A DNA stretch of 64,000 nt from Bacteriovoracia bacterium. Lineage in GTDB: Bacteria; Bdellovibrionota; UBA1018; CAIPTA01. The stretch lies in the NCBI GenBank assembly GCA_050246755.1, contig JBFWVL010000004.1, positions 96,001 through 160,000 of the forward strand, read 5' to 3'. Below the pieces are notes generated by a model that did not search any database, was not told where the DNA came from, and saw nothing but the letters and a program-made list of their open reading frames with translations. The position numbers and the translations under genes were made by a program. Below, one piece after another: positions 48,627-57,871 of this stretch. Positions within the stretch are counted from its first letter, which is position 1, and each line of letters opens with the position of its first letter.

Positions 48627-49625
48627 CTACTGAATGTCGTATTCCAAAGTGGTGTCGCGGCCGCCGCGTTTAAGGTCGATCCGGATATTTTTCGCCCCTT
48701 TGAGGCCGTTTAAAAAAGCGAAGATCTTGGAGGGATCGTCGAGGGGCTGGCCGTTGATCGAGGTGATCACGTCGTTGTCTTTCATGCCAAGCTTATCGTA
48801 GATGGAGCCGGGCACGATCTGGAAGCACTGGTAGCCGCCCGGACGCCCACCTTCTTGATGGGGAACGCAGCGGGCTTCGGTGAGAGTTTGCCCCATTTTT
48901 TCCGGGCTGATGGCTTCGTCGACGATCTTGCGGTCGATATTGAAACGGTTTCCGCTTTGCTGGATTCCCGAGGTGGGTTTCGCGGGGGCCGCGCGGCGGG
49001 TGGCGAGGATTTGATCTTGCGGCAATTCCACGAATTCTCGGCGCTGGCTATTGTTGTTCATAAAGATCACACGGGTGGTTTCGATTTTTTGGATGGTGGC
49101 ACTAGCGCCGAGGGGCTCGCCTTCGCGCACGGCCAGCACGGAGTTGCTTCCCTTATCTTCGATGCTCGCCACGCTTTTCGTGGGATCGCTCGTTACGATC
49201 ACGCCGAGCAGGGTGAGGGGAAGAGTGGTGCGTACGGGCGGGCCATTATCCATGCCCACGTCGGCATCGGGAATCAGGCCTTTCTCGTTGAAGAGATTAC
49301 GCACGAAAATCTGGTCGTAGCGTGTGATGTCTTTATGATCGCGATTCATCGTGACGCGGGGGCGGGGGGGCTCCGCCGCGGGGATGAAGGGGCTAACGGC
49401 GAGCACCAAAAAATCCGCCAGAAAATACGCGCAAACTACGATTACGATGGAGTTATAGAGAAAGGATTTGCGGTAGATTTTTTCCCAGTCGATGAGGGGG
49501 AGGCTGAACTTGCCGCCACGCACGGAAACGACTTGGTTCGGCAAAGCAGCAATTCCTTGCGGACGCTTCCTTGCGAACGAACTTAGCCATGAACGAAGCT
49601 TTTCGCTCCACTGCTTAATATTCAA
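48627..49625 (-). CDS. gspC: T2SS protein C with a PDZ domain
   Basis: TM helix, RNLFN, LTLLG, PDZ (LGMKDNDVITSING); TTG 49625 chosen over GTG 49637 because of promoter position. Confidence 0.88.
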   Translation of the reverse strand: MNIKQWSEKLRSWLSSFARKRPQGIAALPNQVVSVRGGKFSLPLIDWEKIYRKSFLYNSIVIVVCAYFLADFLVLAVSPFIPAAEPPRPRVTMNRDHKDITRYDQIFVRNLFNEKGLIPDADVGMDNGPPVRTTLPLTLLGVIVTSDPTKSVASIEDKGSNSVLAVREGEPLGASATIQKIETTRVIFMNNNSQRREFVELPQDQILATRRAAPAKPTSGIQQSGNRFNIDRKIVDEAISPEKMGQTLTEARCVPHQEGGRPGGYQCFQIVPGSIYDKLGMKDNDVITSINGQPLDDPSKIFAFLNGLKGAKNIRIDLKRGGRDTTLEYDIQ

Positions 49626-49651
49626 CTGTAACCCCACGATGAGCTTCCTGC

Positions 49652-49667
49652 TGCAATCGGCTTGCCA
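49652..49667 (-). promoter_or_regulatory. sigma54 promoter of the gsp operon
   Basis: TGGCAAGCCGATTGCA. Confidence 0.75.
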
Positions 49668-49852
49668 TTGGAGAAATTCTAGCCCACCGTGTGTGCCGCG
49701 CAAAGCTAAAGTAATGTTTGAAGTATTTCTTCTTACACGGACGCGTGTGAGTTGACTGGCTGTCACAAAATACGGAAAATACGCCGGAATTACGGACAAG
49801 ATGTCAAAAACCGCAATTGGCTCAAAGATCCAAATTTATAAATTAAAAATAG

Positions 49853-50239
49853 TTATTTGCTGGAGATCGCCACGAGATCGCCCACCATCACGTTGGTGTA
49901 GCTGCCGATGGGAGTGGATTCGGGAGGAAGCATTTTTTCTACCCGGGCCACCGCTACGTCGCCCTCGGCGTGGATCACTTTCAGGCGGGCGATTTTATAG
50001 GAAATATTTTTGCCCACGCGCTGATTGATTTCGTCCACGGTGGTGGTAACGCGGAAAGCATCGAGGGAAGAGCCGGCCTTAATGCCCTGGTTGGTGCCGA
50101 GGTTCACGTACACGTCGCGGTAGAGGGACTGGCCATCGGTCATCGGGAAGTCGCTCTTCACCCCGAATACTTGGTGGTCCTCCGCGCGGGCGCTGAGGGT
50201 GGTGAGGGCGAGTATGGCGATAAGTAAAAAGTTCTTCAT
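49853..50239 (-). CDS. Small secreted beta-barrel protein (FlgT C-terminal-like)
   Basis: Signal peptide; VYVNLG..QGIK.G, IARLKV, VMVGDLV. Confidence 0.7.
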   Translation of the reverse strand: MKNFLLIAILALTTLSARAEDHQVFGVKSDFPMTDGQSLYRDVYVNLGTNQGIKAGSSLDAFRVTTTVDEINQRVGKNISYKIARLKVIHAEGDVAVARVEKMLPPESTPIGSYTNVMVGDLVAISSK

Positions 50240-50249
50240 CCTATGTCTC

Positions 50250-50277
50250 TCTTCGGAGCCAGTGGAGAAGAACTTTA
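50250..50277 (-). promoter_or_regulatory. sigma28 (FliA) promoter
   Basis: TAAA-N16-TCCGAAGA. Confidence 0.55.
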
Positions 50278-50305
50278 TGAGAATGCACCTGACTAAAGCG
50301 CGAGG

Positions 50306-51139
50306 TTAATCGGCGCTTCTCGAACAAAGAGGGTTGCCGGCAATACAAGGCGCGGGAACGGGTTTAGAGGGGCTGCTATCTTCGTCGTCGTCCCGTACCA
50401 CCTTACGCTTGGGTTTGGCCGGCTTCTCGTCCTCGTCTGCCGTGTATTCTTTTTTCACCGAGGTGCGGGATCCATTCACGAATCGATCGAGCTCGGCGTT
50501 GCCTTCGAGGGTTTTCTTCACGAACTCAGTGGAAATCGGAGTCACTTTGGTTACGGCGTTGAGATTGTTCACGGGGAAAGCCATCACGGCGCAGCCCTTG
50601 CGGAGCAGGCCGTAGACGCGGCCAGCGTTGGAGCGGGTGCGGTAGGCGGCGTCGCTGAACATGTTCTTGATCGTGGCTTCCGACGCGCAGCCCGACGGAA
50701 CGAATTCGATTTTCATTCGGTATTCGGCTACGTGGGTGATTTTTTTGTCGGTACCGGCGAAGCAGTTAGCCCGGTATTCCGTTTCGTTCACGCGCTCGAA
50801 GCCGAACGCGTCCTTCGTGTCGAGGCAGCGAACTCCCAAAGTGGGGATCACGGGAATCTGCCTGGCCTTCATGCGAATCGCTTCGGTTTTCTGGGTTTCG
50901 AGCATGCCGTTGAAGAATTTTTCGTACTCGGCCTGGGATGCGCCCTCCAGGTGCTTGGGCATATTGCCGGAATAGTCTTCACCGCTATTATTCCAGAGCT
51001 GGCCGAGCGGCGTTACGCGGGAATTAGTATAGGGGGTTGGGGAGGGAGCGGGTTTTACCGCCGAGTCTGGAACCTGAATTAGGCCGGCCGCAAAGGCCGC
51101 GCCGCTTATGAGACTGAGACAAAAGGTGAGTTTCCACAT
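50306..51139 (-). CDS. Secreted Cys-containing hypothetical protein
   Basis: Signal peptide ending AFA, AGGAG RBS, 6 Cys in the mature region. Confidence 0.7.
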   Translation of the reverse strand: MWKLTFCLSLISGAAFAAGLIQVPDSAVKPAPSPTPYTNSRVTPLGQLWNNSGEDYSGNMPKHLEGASQAEYEKFFNGMLETQKTEAIRMKARQIPVIPTLGVRCLDTKDAFGFERVNETEYRANCFAGTDKKITHVAEYRMKIEFVPSGCASEATIKNMFSDAAYRTRSNAGRVYGLLRKGCAVMAFPVNNLNAVTKVTPISTEFVKKTLEGNAELDRFVNGSRTSVKKEYTADEDEKPAKPKRKVVRDDDEDSSPSKPVPAPCIAGNPLCSRSAD

Positions 51140-51151
51140 GGGGGCGATCTC

Positions 51152-52195
51152 CTACTCGAGTTTGCCGCCGTAGATCATTACGAGCTCGGCGAAAAGTTGT
51201 CGGTCTACCTTATGCATCATCGCGCTCTGAATCAGCTTGAAGGCTTCAAAGGGCGTCTTAGCTTTAGAGTAAGTCCGATCGGTGGTGAGGGCATTAAAAA
51301 TATCGGCGATGGTGATGATCTTGGCGAAAACCGAGATTTGGTTCTCCGTGAGCCCATGAGGATATCCGCCACCCGCGTGCTCTTCATGATGGTGCAAAAT
51401 ACCGAGCTTGGCTCTCTGAGAAAGGTCGCGATTGTCTTTGATGATCTCGTAGCCCCAGCTGGCGTGCTGGCGCATTTCTTCCCACTCCGCTTTATCCAGG
51501 GGGCCTGGCTTATTGATGATGGCGGGTTTCACCTTGGTTTTTCCGATATCGTGGAGGAGGCCGGAAATGCCGAGGTCGGCTAAATCGCCGTCGGCCGAAA
51601 GTTTCATGCGCTTGCCGATTGCGATCGCGCAGAGGCCCACGCCCACCGAGTGCTGGTAGGTATAGGGATCGTGAGAGGAAAGACGGATCAAGTGGTAAAA
51701 AGCTTTGGGGTCGCGCACGAGCAGATTCACGAATCCCGAAACGGCTTTCATCCCTTTGCGGATATTCTCGGGGCTGGGATCCTGAAACAGCTCTTCGGTC
51801 ATGCGCACGGCGGCCGAGCGCATGAGGCCCACCTGGGCTTCCACCGGGATGGTGGTTTGCGAGTTGGAAGCGCTGAGAAAGGTTTCGAGGTACTGGCGGA
51901 CGATGGGCGAATCCTGGCGGCTGAGGAAGATGCGGTCGATACCGGCATCGAGCAGGGCCTGGATTTCGAAGGCGGAAAAATTCTCCCGCTGCTCGCGGAA
52001 AATGCGGTAGCGCTTGCCGCGCTTCACGAAGAAGGTAACGGAAGGAATGGAATCGGGGCGGATCAAATGGATACGCAGGCCCACGAAGGGTTCCTTATTT
52101 TCCGGAGAAAGTTCCTGGAAAAATTCGTTCAAAGACCGGCTAACCGGATCGTCGCCGGGAATCGAAGTCTGATTTAAAGATTCAGCTGCGCCCAT
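51152..52195 (-). CDS. HD-GYP cyclic-dinucleotide phosphodiesterase family protein
   Basis: YTYQHS, LLHDIGK, HHEE..GGGYP, IADIFNALT.DRTY. Confidence 0.92.
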   Translation of the reverse strand: MGAAESLNQTSIPGDDPVSRSLNEFFQELSPENKEPFVGLRIHLIRPDSIPSVTFFVKRGKRYRIFREQRENFSAFEIQALLDAGIDRIFLSRQDSPIVRQYLETFLSASNSQTTIPVEAQVGLMRSAAVRMTEELFQDPSPENIRKGMKAVSGFVNLLVRDPKAFYHLIRLSSHDPYTYQHSVGVGLCAIAIGKRMKLSADGDLADLGISGLLHDIGKTKVKPAIINKPGPLDKAEWEEMRQHASWGYEIIKDNRDLSQRAKLGILHHHEEHAGGGYPHGLTENQISVFAKIITIADIFNALTTDRTYSKAKTPFEAFKLIQSAMMHKVDRQLFAELVMIYGGKLE

Positions 52196-52226
52196 AAATT
52201 AGTTATCTCTCTATTATGACATAGAT

Positions 52227-52254
52227 TTATCGGCCCAAACCCCGTTTCCATTGA
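52227..52254 (-). promoter_or_regulatory. sigma28 (FliA) promoter
   Basis: TCAA-N16-GCCGATAA with a perfect -10 element. Confidence 0.75.
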
Positions 52255-52303
52255 GCCCTGTCTCGTAGTTTGTCAGGTGTATACGGATTGAGACATTCGG
52301 GGC

Positions 52304-52320
52304 TGTCTAAAGTTTAGACA
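52304..52320. promoter_or_regulatory. Palindromic operator / enhancer site
   Basis: TGTCTAAA-G-TTTAGACA perfect palindrome; related boxes at 52259-52275 and 56457-56473. Confidence 0.65.
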
Positions 52321-52392
52321 CTCGCTCCCGAACGCGGGATTTTCCCTCAGGAAATCGGGCTTCTTTCTGTTTCTGGGAACCTGCCCAGTTTC

Positions 52393-52408
52393 TGGCCGCT
52401 GTTTTGCA
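52393..52408 (+). promoter_or_regulatory. sigma54 promoter
   Basis: TGGCCGCTGTTTTGCA (GG-N10-GC). Confidence 0.65.
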
Positions 52409-52499
52409 ATTACCTCTACGTGCTCATCGAGTGCGGTTAAGGCGGGTCCTAACAGAGGGACCGAGCCCAGTTGTTGAACTTTTGCGGAGGTTGTTGCTG

Positions 52500-52856
52500 A
52501 TGTCTGCTTACCTAGATAAGTCCCAGGGTGTTACTTTCGTTTTCTCGAATATCCACCAAATGTACAAACGCGCCAAGGAAGCCAAGATCGACGCTCCTTT
52601 CGTGGCCGAGCGCGCTTCCGCCCGCGTGCTCAAAAAAGAAGAAGCCAAAGTAGAAGAATTCAAGCCCGCGGAATTGAAGACGACCGAACGTACCTTCGCC
52701 GTGCCCATGGGCGTGAAGGAAGCGGAAGAAAAAGCCATGCGTGCCAATATGCGCCCCATCGCTAACCTCCAGAAGAACCTCTCGGAACTTACTGAGGCCC
52801 ACGAGCGCCTGAAATTTTTGATCCAAGAGATCGATTCGCTCACGAAGAAGAAGTAA
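52500..52856 (+). CDS. Hypothetical protein with a C-terminal coiled coil
   Basis: GGAGG RBS; LQKNLSELTEAHERLKFLIQEI; coupled to the next gene by TAATG. Confidence 0.7.
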   Translation: MSAYLDKSQGVTFVFSNIHQMYKRAKEAKIDAPFVAERASARVLKKEEAKVEEFKPAELKTTERTFAVPMGVKEAEEKAMRANMRPIANLQKNLSELTEAHERLKFLIQEIDSLTKKK

Positions 52857-53275
52857 TGAAGCTGATCGCCCTGGCCATCCTCGCTTTCCTCCCGCTCTCC
52901 GCCAGGGCGCAAGATATCTCCGCGCAAAACCGCGGCCTCCCCGGAATCCATATGCGCACCGAATCCCGCCGCGCCTTCACTTGCGTGGTGCTGGAAATCA
53001 CCCATGCCGATCACCGGGTCGAGCCTTTTATTGGTCGGGAATTTTCTCCCGCCGATCTCGGCCGCTATACCGTGCTGAACGAAGTGCACGTAATGGGCGA
53101 GACCGGTTCCGACGTGACCCCGCCTCGCCTCCTGCAAAAAGAATCCCAGACCCTCGCGCAAGCCACCGCCGAGCTTTCCCGAAATCCCGATTGCGGGGCG
53201 GGGGAGCGTGAGCTCAGCGATGCGGAATGGAAAGAGGAATTCGAGCGGTATCTCGCCGAGCTCGATGCGGATTAG
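52856..53275 (+). CDS. Secreted hypothetical protein
   Basis: Signal peptide ending ARA; 2 Cys. Confidence 0.65.
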   Translation: MKLIALAILAFLPLSARAQDISAQNRGLPGIHMRTESRRAFTCVVLEITHADHRVEPFIGREFSPADLGRYTVLNEVHVMGETGSDVTPPRLLQKESQTLAQATAELSRNPDCGAGERELSDAEWKEEFERYLAELDAD

Positions 53276-53276
53276 G

Positions 53277-54056
53277 TTAAGCTTTGGTTTCTGTTTTTTC
53301 GCCTGGCGCCACGTAGTTCTCGACCGCGGGATTCTTGGCCGCGGTTTTAGGTAATCCCGCTTTCGGCACATTGATCGTAACCACGCCGTTCTCGTACTGG
53401 CGCTTGATCCCCTTGGCGTCGAAGGCTCCCGGGATATTCAGCTGTTCCACGATGCTTTGGTAGCTATTGGTGCGGGTCACGCGATCGGCTTCCGCATCCT
53501 TGGCGTTTTCCTGAAAGCGGCGGGCCAGCGACATCTTTAGCGATTGCCCATCGGCCGAAACAAACAGATTTTTCGCTTCGTGCTCGGGCAATGCCACCTT
53601 CACCATGAAATCGGTGGCGCTTTCGGTGAGCACCGGGTTCAGGGATTTGAGGCGGTAGAAAGGATCTTCGGTTTGCTTGGTCACGAAGGTAAGCTTTTCC
53701 ATCGTGCTCGCGCGGCGGTCGTTGATGTCTTTCAGCGATTGCGCGTCCAGGCCTTTGATTTGCTCGGCGGTAGTGGCCGCGAGTGCCTCGAAATTCTTCT
53801 GGGTGTTCTCGTTGAGGGCGTGGATACGGTCGGTATTGAGTTTCTTGGTATTGTCCATCTGGATAGATGCGGCCTTGGAAATCTCTACGATGTCTTTTTC
53901 CGTTTTTTCACGCTCTTCCTGGAGAACTTTGTTGCGGTTGCGCTGCGCGCGGGCCTGCTCCATCTGGAGATTGGCTTCTTCCTGCTCGATGGCGCGTTTT
54001 TTATCGGCCAGTACGCGTGCCGCCCCGGTATCGGATCCAACGTTGTCTACGCTCAT
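53277..54056 (-). CDS. Hsp20/alpha-crystallin-domain protein with a long N-terminal coiled coil
   Basis: C-terminal YENGVVTINVPK motif; AAGGAGG RBS. Confidence 0.7.
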   Translation of the reverse strand: MSVDNVGSDTGAARVLADKKRAIEQEEANLQMEQARAQRNRNKVLQEEREKTEKDIVEISKAASIQMDNTKKLNTDRIHALNENTQKNFEALAATTAEQIKGLDAQSLKDINDRRASTMEKLTFVTKQTEDPFYRLKSLNPVLTESATDFMVKVALPEHEAKNLFVSADGQSLKMSLARRFQENAKDAEADRVTRTNSYQSIVEQLNIPGAFDAKGIKRQYENGVVTINVPKAGLPKTAAKNPAVENYVAPGEKTETKA

Positions 54057-54065
54057 CGATCCTCC

Positions 54066-54377
54066 TTAATGACTGAAACCCTGCTTTTCCTGAGCCGAGT
54101 TCTGCACGATATTGAAGTAGACGCGGGCCACGTCGTCGTAGGTTTCGGGGTCGAGACCGTCGAGAAAAGCTTTTTTGCCGGAGATGGTGGGCCGGAGGAT
54201 CATCTGCTCGAGCAGATGTTCGGCTTTTTCCAGCCGCTCGTTGCGGGCTTCATTCTGACCGATGCGGTCGGCAATACGGCGGATCGTTCCGCCATCAAAC
54301 AAAAGATGATTACCCTGGGCCGACTGGTCGAGCAGGTATTTTACCTGGTCCAGTTGTTCTTGGTTTACGTAAATCAT
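54066..54377 (-). CDS. Hypothetical helical protein
   Basis: GGAGG RBS, 103 aa, GNHLLFD. Confidence 0.7.
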   Translation of the reverse strand: MIYVNQEQLDQVKYLLDQSAQGNHLLFDGGTIRRIADRIGQNEARNERLEKAEHLLEQMILRPTISGKKAFLDGLDPETYDDVARVYFNIVQNSAQEKQGFSH

Positions 54378-54509
54378 GGAAAACCGCCTCCATTGCAGTT
54401 TCCGGAGTTCCAGTCCTTGGAACCCTTCCCCTTCTTTAAGTGTATAGAATAAAGGCGACAAACCGCAAGCGCTCCATGCTAGACTTTTAGATAGGAGGCT
54501 CATAGGGAC

Positions 54510-55382
54510 ATGAGCAAAAAGCGCTTAAAATACAGCGACTTCTGTCAGAGCTGCCGACGTGCGCTTGGGGCTGACGAAAAGGTCGTTTACGTAGAAGAGG
54601 GAACAAATCGCTTTTTCTGTTCGGAAAAGTGCATTCGTACTTACTACGATCCGATGGCGGAATTCTATCGCGAGCGGATGATGGAGATCCGCGACCCCCA
54701 CGATATTTCCGAGTCTGATTTCGACGAATACGAAAGCTACGCTCCGCTTTGCCTCTCCAATCCCGACGAGATTTGGGTGGACTCCACCGAGAATGGCGAA
54801 ACCATGACGATCTTCATGGCGAACTTCACGAACGAGGGCGGGAAATTTACCTTCATCGTGATGTGCTTCTGCCTCGAGGCCGAGCCTACCTATATCCTTC
54901 TTTCGTTTCCTACCCGCGATAAAAAAATGGTGGAAGAATTCCGCCGCGGGCAAAAAACCGAAATTCGAAACGAGCCCGAGGAAGGCGCCGAGCCCGAAGT
55001 GAGCAGCGCGCTCACCGATGATTTTCTTTCCCGCCAGGGGAATGCGATCGAAGAGGAGATGCTCCGGCACCGCCGCAAGACGGATATTCCCGTCGAAGAA
55101 TTCGAAGAGCACGCTCATTTGCTGGAGCAGGTGATCGAGAATCCCGACGAGGTTTGGGAGCTGCAGGACGATAACGACCACACGATCCTCACGCTGATCG
55201 CGCAACAGGATGAAAAGCTAGCCTACGTGGTGATCTGCACGGCGGAACAATCGCCCGAGGGCGGGCAGGAGAGCTGGCGGGTGATTTATAGCTTTCCGAC
55301 GAATGATCCAGCGCTAGTGCAGCACTACCGGCGTGGGCAGCTGCGCGAAGGCGGCGACGGCCGCGCGAATTTTCTGCATTAA
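54510..55382 (+). CDS. TRASH-like Zn finger plus two tandem NPDE.W repeats (possible BECR-fold domains)
   Basis: CQSC...FCSEKC; repeats NPDEIW...SFPTRD..FRRG and NPDEVW...SFPTND..YRRG. Confidence 0.7.
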   Translation: MSKKRLKYSDFCQSCRRALGADEKVVYVEEGTNRFFCSEKCIRTYYDPMAEFYRERMMEIRDPHDISESDFDEYESYAPLCLSNPDEIWVDSTENGETMTIFMANFTNEGGKFTFIVMCFCLEAEPTYILLSFPTRDKKMVEEFRRGQKTEIRNEPEEGAEPEVSSALTDDFLSRQGNAIEEEMLRHRRKTDIPVEEFEEHAHLLEQVIENPDEVWELQDDNDHTILTLIAQQDEKLAYVVICTAEQSPEGGQESWRVIYSFPTNDPALVQHYRRGQLREGGDGRANFLH

Positions 55383-55450
55383 AATCAGTTGGCAGAGGGC
55401 GGTTTGCGGTTATCCGCTCAGGCGGGGCCAAGCGACGCCGCAAAAACTAC

Positions 55451-55684
55451 TTAAACTTTTTCAGCTTGGGTTTCTTTTACCGGCGCGGGCGCGGAAGCTT
55501 CGTTTTTGCGCTCGATTTGGGCGGAAGAGGCGCTGGTAATGGGATTTTGGTCTCCCGACATCGCATCCTTAAAGTTCTTCATGGTCCGGCCAATGCTATG
55601 GCCCAGGTCCGGCAAGCGTTTAGGGCCGAAGATCAGCAGGATCACAAGTAATACGAGAAGATGTTCCCCGGAAATTCCGAACAT
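55451..55684 (-). CDS. tatA: Twin-arginine translocase TatA/E
   Basis: LLIFGPKRLPDLGHSIG..MKNFK. Confidence 0.93.
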   Translation of the reverse strand: MFGISGEHLLVLLVILLIFGPKRLPDLGHSIGRTMKNFKDAMSGDQNPITSASSAQIERKNEASAPAPVKETQAEKV

Positions 55685-55743
55685 AGCGATTTACCTCTTG
55701 CTGCCTTTATAGATCAAATGCGGCGCGTAGGCAATGCTGGGTC

Positions 55744-56247
55744 TTAGGGGGTGAGTACGGAAACGGCGAGGGGCGGGGCGGAGGTTGTTTGACCGTTCAA
55801 GTACATTTTGTAGGCGGCAAGGTAGACATCCTGCACGAGCACGAGGGCCGTATAATCGGCCGACTGCAGGCTCACGGAAGTATTGTAGGTATTGGTCACG
55901 AAGCAGGTTTCGGTCTGCGGAATCTCGCCGCGAATGGGGACTAGGCAATAACGGCTGCCCGCCGAGAATGAGGTCACTTTCACGGTGGTGAGGGCGGGGT
56001 TAGCGGCCGCGTAACAAACGCTGGAGCCGGAGAAAAGCTGGCCGAAGTAGGTATCGCCAGCGGCGGCCACCGAGAAGGTTTTGCAGGTGAGTTGCTGGAG
56101 GGCGGCCTGGGCGGCGAGGGCGATGCTCTGCGCGCTGGAGCTGGAGCCCGCGGCTTTGGCTTTTAGCTTCGCTTGGGCGCCCATATCGGCATTGCCGCAG
56201 GCCATGCAGAAAAGAGCGGTGCTTAGAATGAATAGCTTCAGCCACAT
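55744..56247 (-). CDS. Hypothetical lipoprotein
   Basis: Lipobox CMAC; 4 further Cys; GAGG RBS. Confidence 0.7.
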   Translation of the reverse strand: MWLKLFILSTALFCMACGNADMGAQAKLKAKAAGSSSSAQSIALAAQAALQQLTCKTFSVAAAGDTYFGQLFSGSSVCYAAANPALTTVKVTSFSAGSRYCLVPIRGEIPQTETCFVTNTYNTSVSLQSADYTALVLVQDVYLAAYKMYLNGQTTSAPPLAVSVLTP

Positions 56248-56343
56248 GGCAAGACCTCGTTGGAAAAAAGAGACGGCCGCGGAAAGCGAGGAGCGTGAGC
56301 TGAGGAGGCAAAGAGGGGAGCTCGCGGCTGTCGGAGAAGCAGT

Positions 56344-56359
56344 TACAAGTTTGGTGCCA
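56344..56359 (-). promoter_or_regulatory. sigma54-like promoter
   Basis: TGGCACCAAACTTGTA (GT in place of GC at -12). Confidence 0.5.
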
Positions 56360-56546
56360 CCGTTCCCGCTTTCCCATAAAGCGCCGTGATTTCGGCGGCG
56401 TGGGGAAGAAGCGCGAATCTAAATCTAGAGTGTTTAAATTATAGATGGTGGACAGCTGTCTAGTCGGTTGACAGGCTCCCTTTTTGCCCGATTTCTTGCG
56501 ATAATATAGAGGGAGCAAATGGGTGCGGAGACACGATTCACAAAAA

Positions 56547-57302
56547 ATGATTGAGGTGGTTCCTCGCGGCCTAGGCGGGCTTGGCCTATGGGCCGGATCG
56601 GATCACTATGGACTCGTGGCGGCTTTCCAGCGCGCCCCCTTTTCTTTTCCCGCCTCGGGAGTACAGAAGATTTTCCGGATCGCCTTCACCGAGATCCCCG
56701 GCTTTCAGGAAGACCGCTTCCTCGTGGAATATTCCTCGGGCCGTAAGGATTGCATGGTGATTCTCGACACGCTCCCCTCCGCGCTCAAAGACGAGAAGCT
56801 CGAAAAAGTTTCTCCCTTCGGGGTCTGCCTGCGCTACCTCGAGCTCTTCCGGCGTGAGCCTTCTTCGCTATTGCTGCCGCTCGCGCTTCCTCTGGGAATC
56901 ACCATGGTGATGATGTTGTTCGGCTTCTGGAGCGATCTCGTGCTGCGTAATCCCGAAGTGCTGGGCTTCTTCGCCCGGCCCGGCTGCGATGTGAATTGCG
57001 TGGAAAAAGTGCTGCGCTTGCATTCCCTCGTGGGAATGCTTTTCCTGATTCAGTTCTTTCTATTGCTGATGCCTTTTTCGTTTTTATTTTTTCACGCGCC
57101 CCGCTTCCGCTACGCTTTTAACGTGCGCATTACCCAGTTGTATTCGATCACCACGGCGGTGATCGGCGTATTCGTGTTCGCGCAGCTGATGGTATTCTTC
57201 CCGTTCAAGCAATATAGCCGCTTCCTGGCGCTGGGACTCAATCCCAAGGTGGAGCGGATGCTCTCCCACCTCAACGATCCCAAAGAAAAAAATCACCCGT
57301 AA
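56547..57302 (+). CDS. Hypothetical membrane protein (3 TM helices, CxxxC loop)
   Basis: ORF with a hydrophobic C-terminal half; start uncertain (56523 or 56547). Confidence 0.6.
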   Translation: MIEVVPRGLGGLGLWAGSDHYGLVAAFQRAPFSFPASGVQKIFRIAFTEIPGFQEDRFLVEYSSGRKDCMVILDTLPSALKDEKLEKVSPFGVCLRYLELFRREPSSLLLPLALPLGITMVMMLFGFWSDLVLRNPEVLGFFARPGCDVNCVEKVLRLHSLVGMLFLIQFFLLLMPFSFLFFHAPRFRYAFNVRITQLYSITTAVIGVFVFAQLMVFFPFKQYSRFLALGLNPKVERMLSHLNDPKEKNHP

Positions 57303-57311
57303 TAACTAGAA

Positions 57312-57851
57312 TTAGGCCGCGGCCCGGTCGGTTTGCGCCGAATCGCCCGTGAGTGGCTTGGCCGCGTCCACCACTTCGGTAGCGGCTAAGAGATCATGCA
57401 GGGTGAGGCCGTCTTTTCGCAGCAGCGGCAGGAGAAAACCGATACCAAGGGCGAGCTGGCCGCTCACTACGTAGAGCAGGCTACGGCCTAGCGCGCGGGC
57501 AAAGGTGAGGTCCTGGCCATCGCGGGAACGCAGGGTAAGGCCCATCGCCCACTTGCCTAGTGATCGCCCAAAGTACCAGTGGGCGATCGTGAAATAAGAG
57601 AAATAGTAAAGGATATGGGCCGCTTTAGTGAAATGGCCGGCCTTAGCGCTCGCGGCTACCCGGGCGAGCGTGGCGGCGTCTCCGGGGCTCTGCAAATGGC
57701 TGTAAGCGAACACGCAGAGGGCGGAGGTGCCCACGGTGAGCGCGAAGAGAAAAGCGAGATCTAGGAGGTAGGCGAGCGCGCGGCGCCCGAAGTTCACGGG
57801 AACCGGGCTCCGTTCGGGGTTTAGCGCCTGCATGGTTTCGATGGGCATCAA
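57312..57851 (-). CDS. RDD family membrane protein
   Basis: RRALAYLLD, GRSLGK..MGL, LHDLLA.T.VV. Confidence 0.9.
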   Translation of the reverse strand: MMPIETMQALNPERSPVPVNFGRRALAYLLDLAFLFALTVGTSALCVFAYSHLQSPGDAATLARVAASAKAGHFTKAAHILYYFSYFTIAHWYFGRSLGKWAMGLTLRSRDGQDLTFARALGRSLLYVVSGQLALGIGFLLPLLRKDGLTLHDLLAATEVVDAAKPLTGDSAQTDRAAA

Positions 57852-57871
57852 GGGCGTATCGGAGCGGAGAC

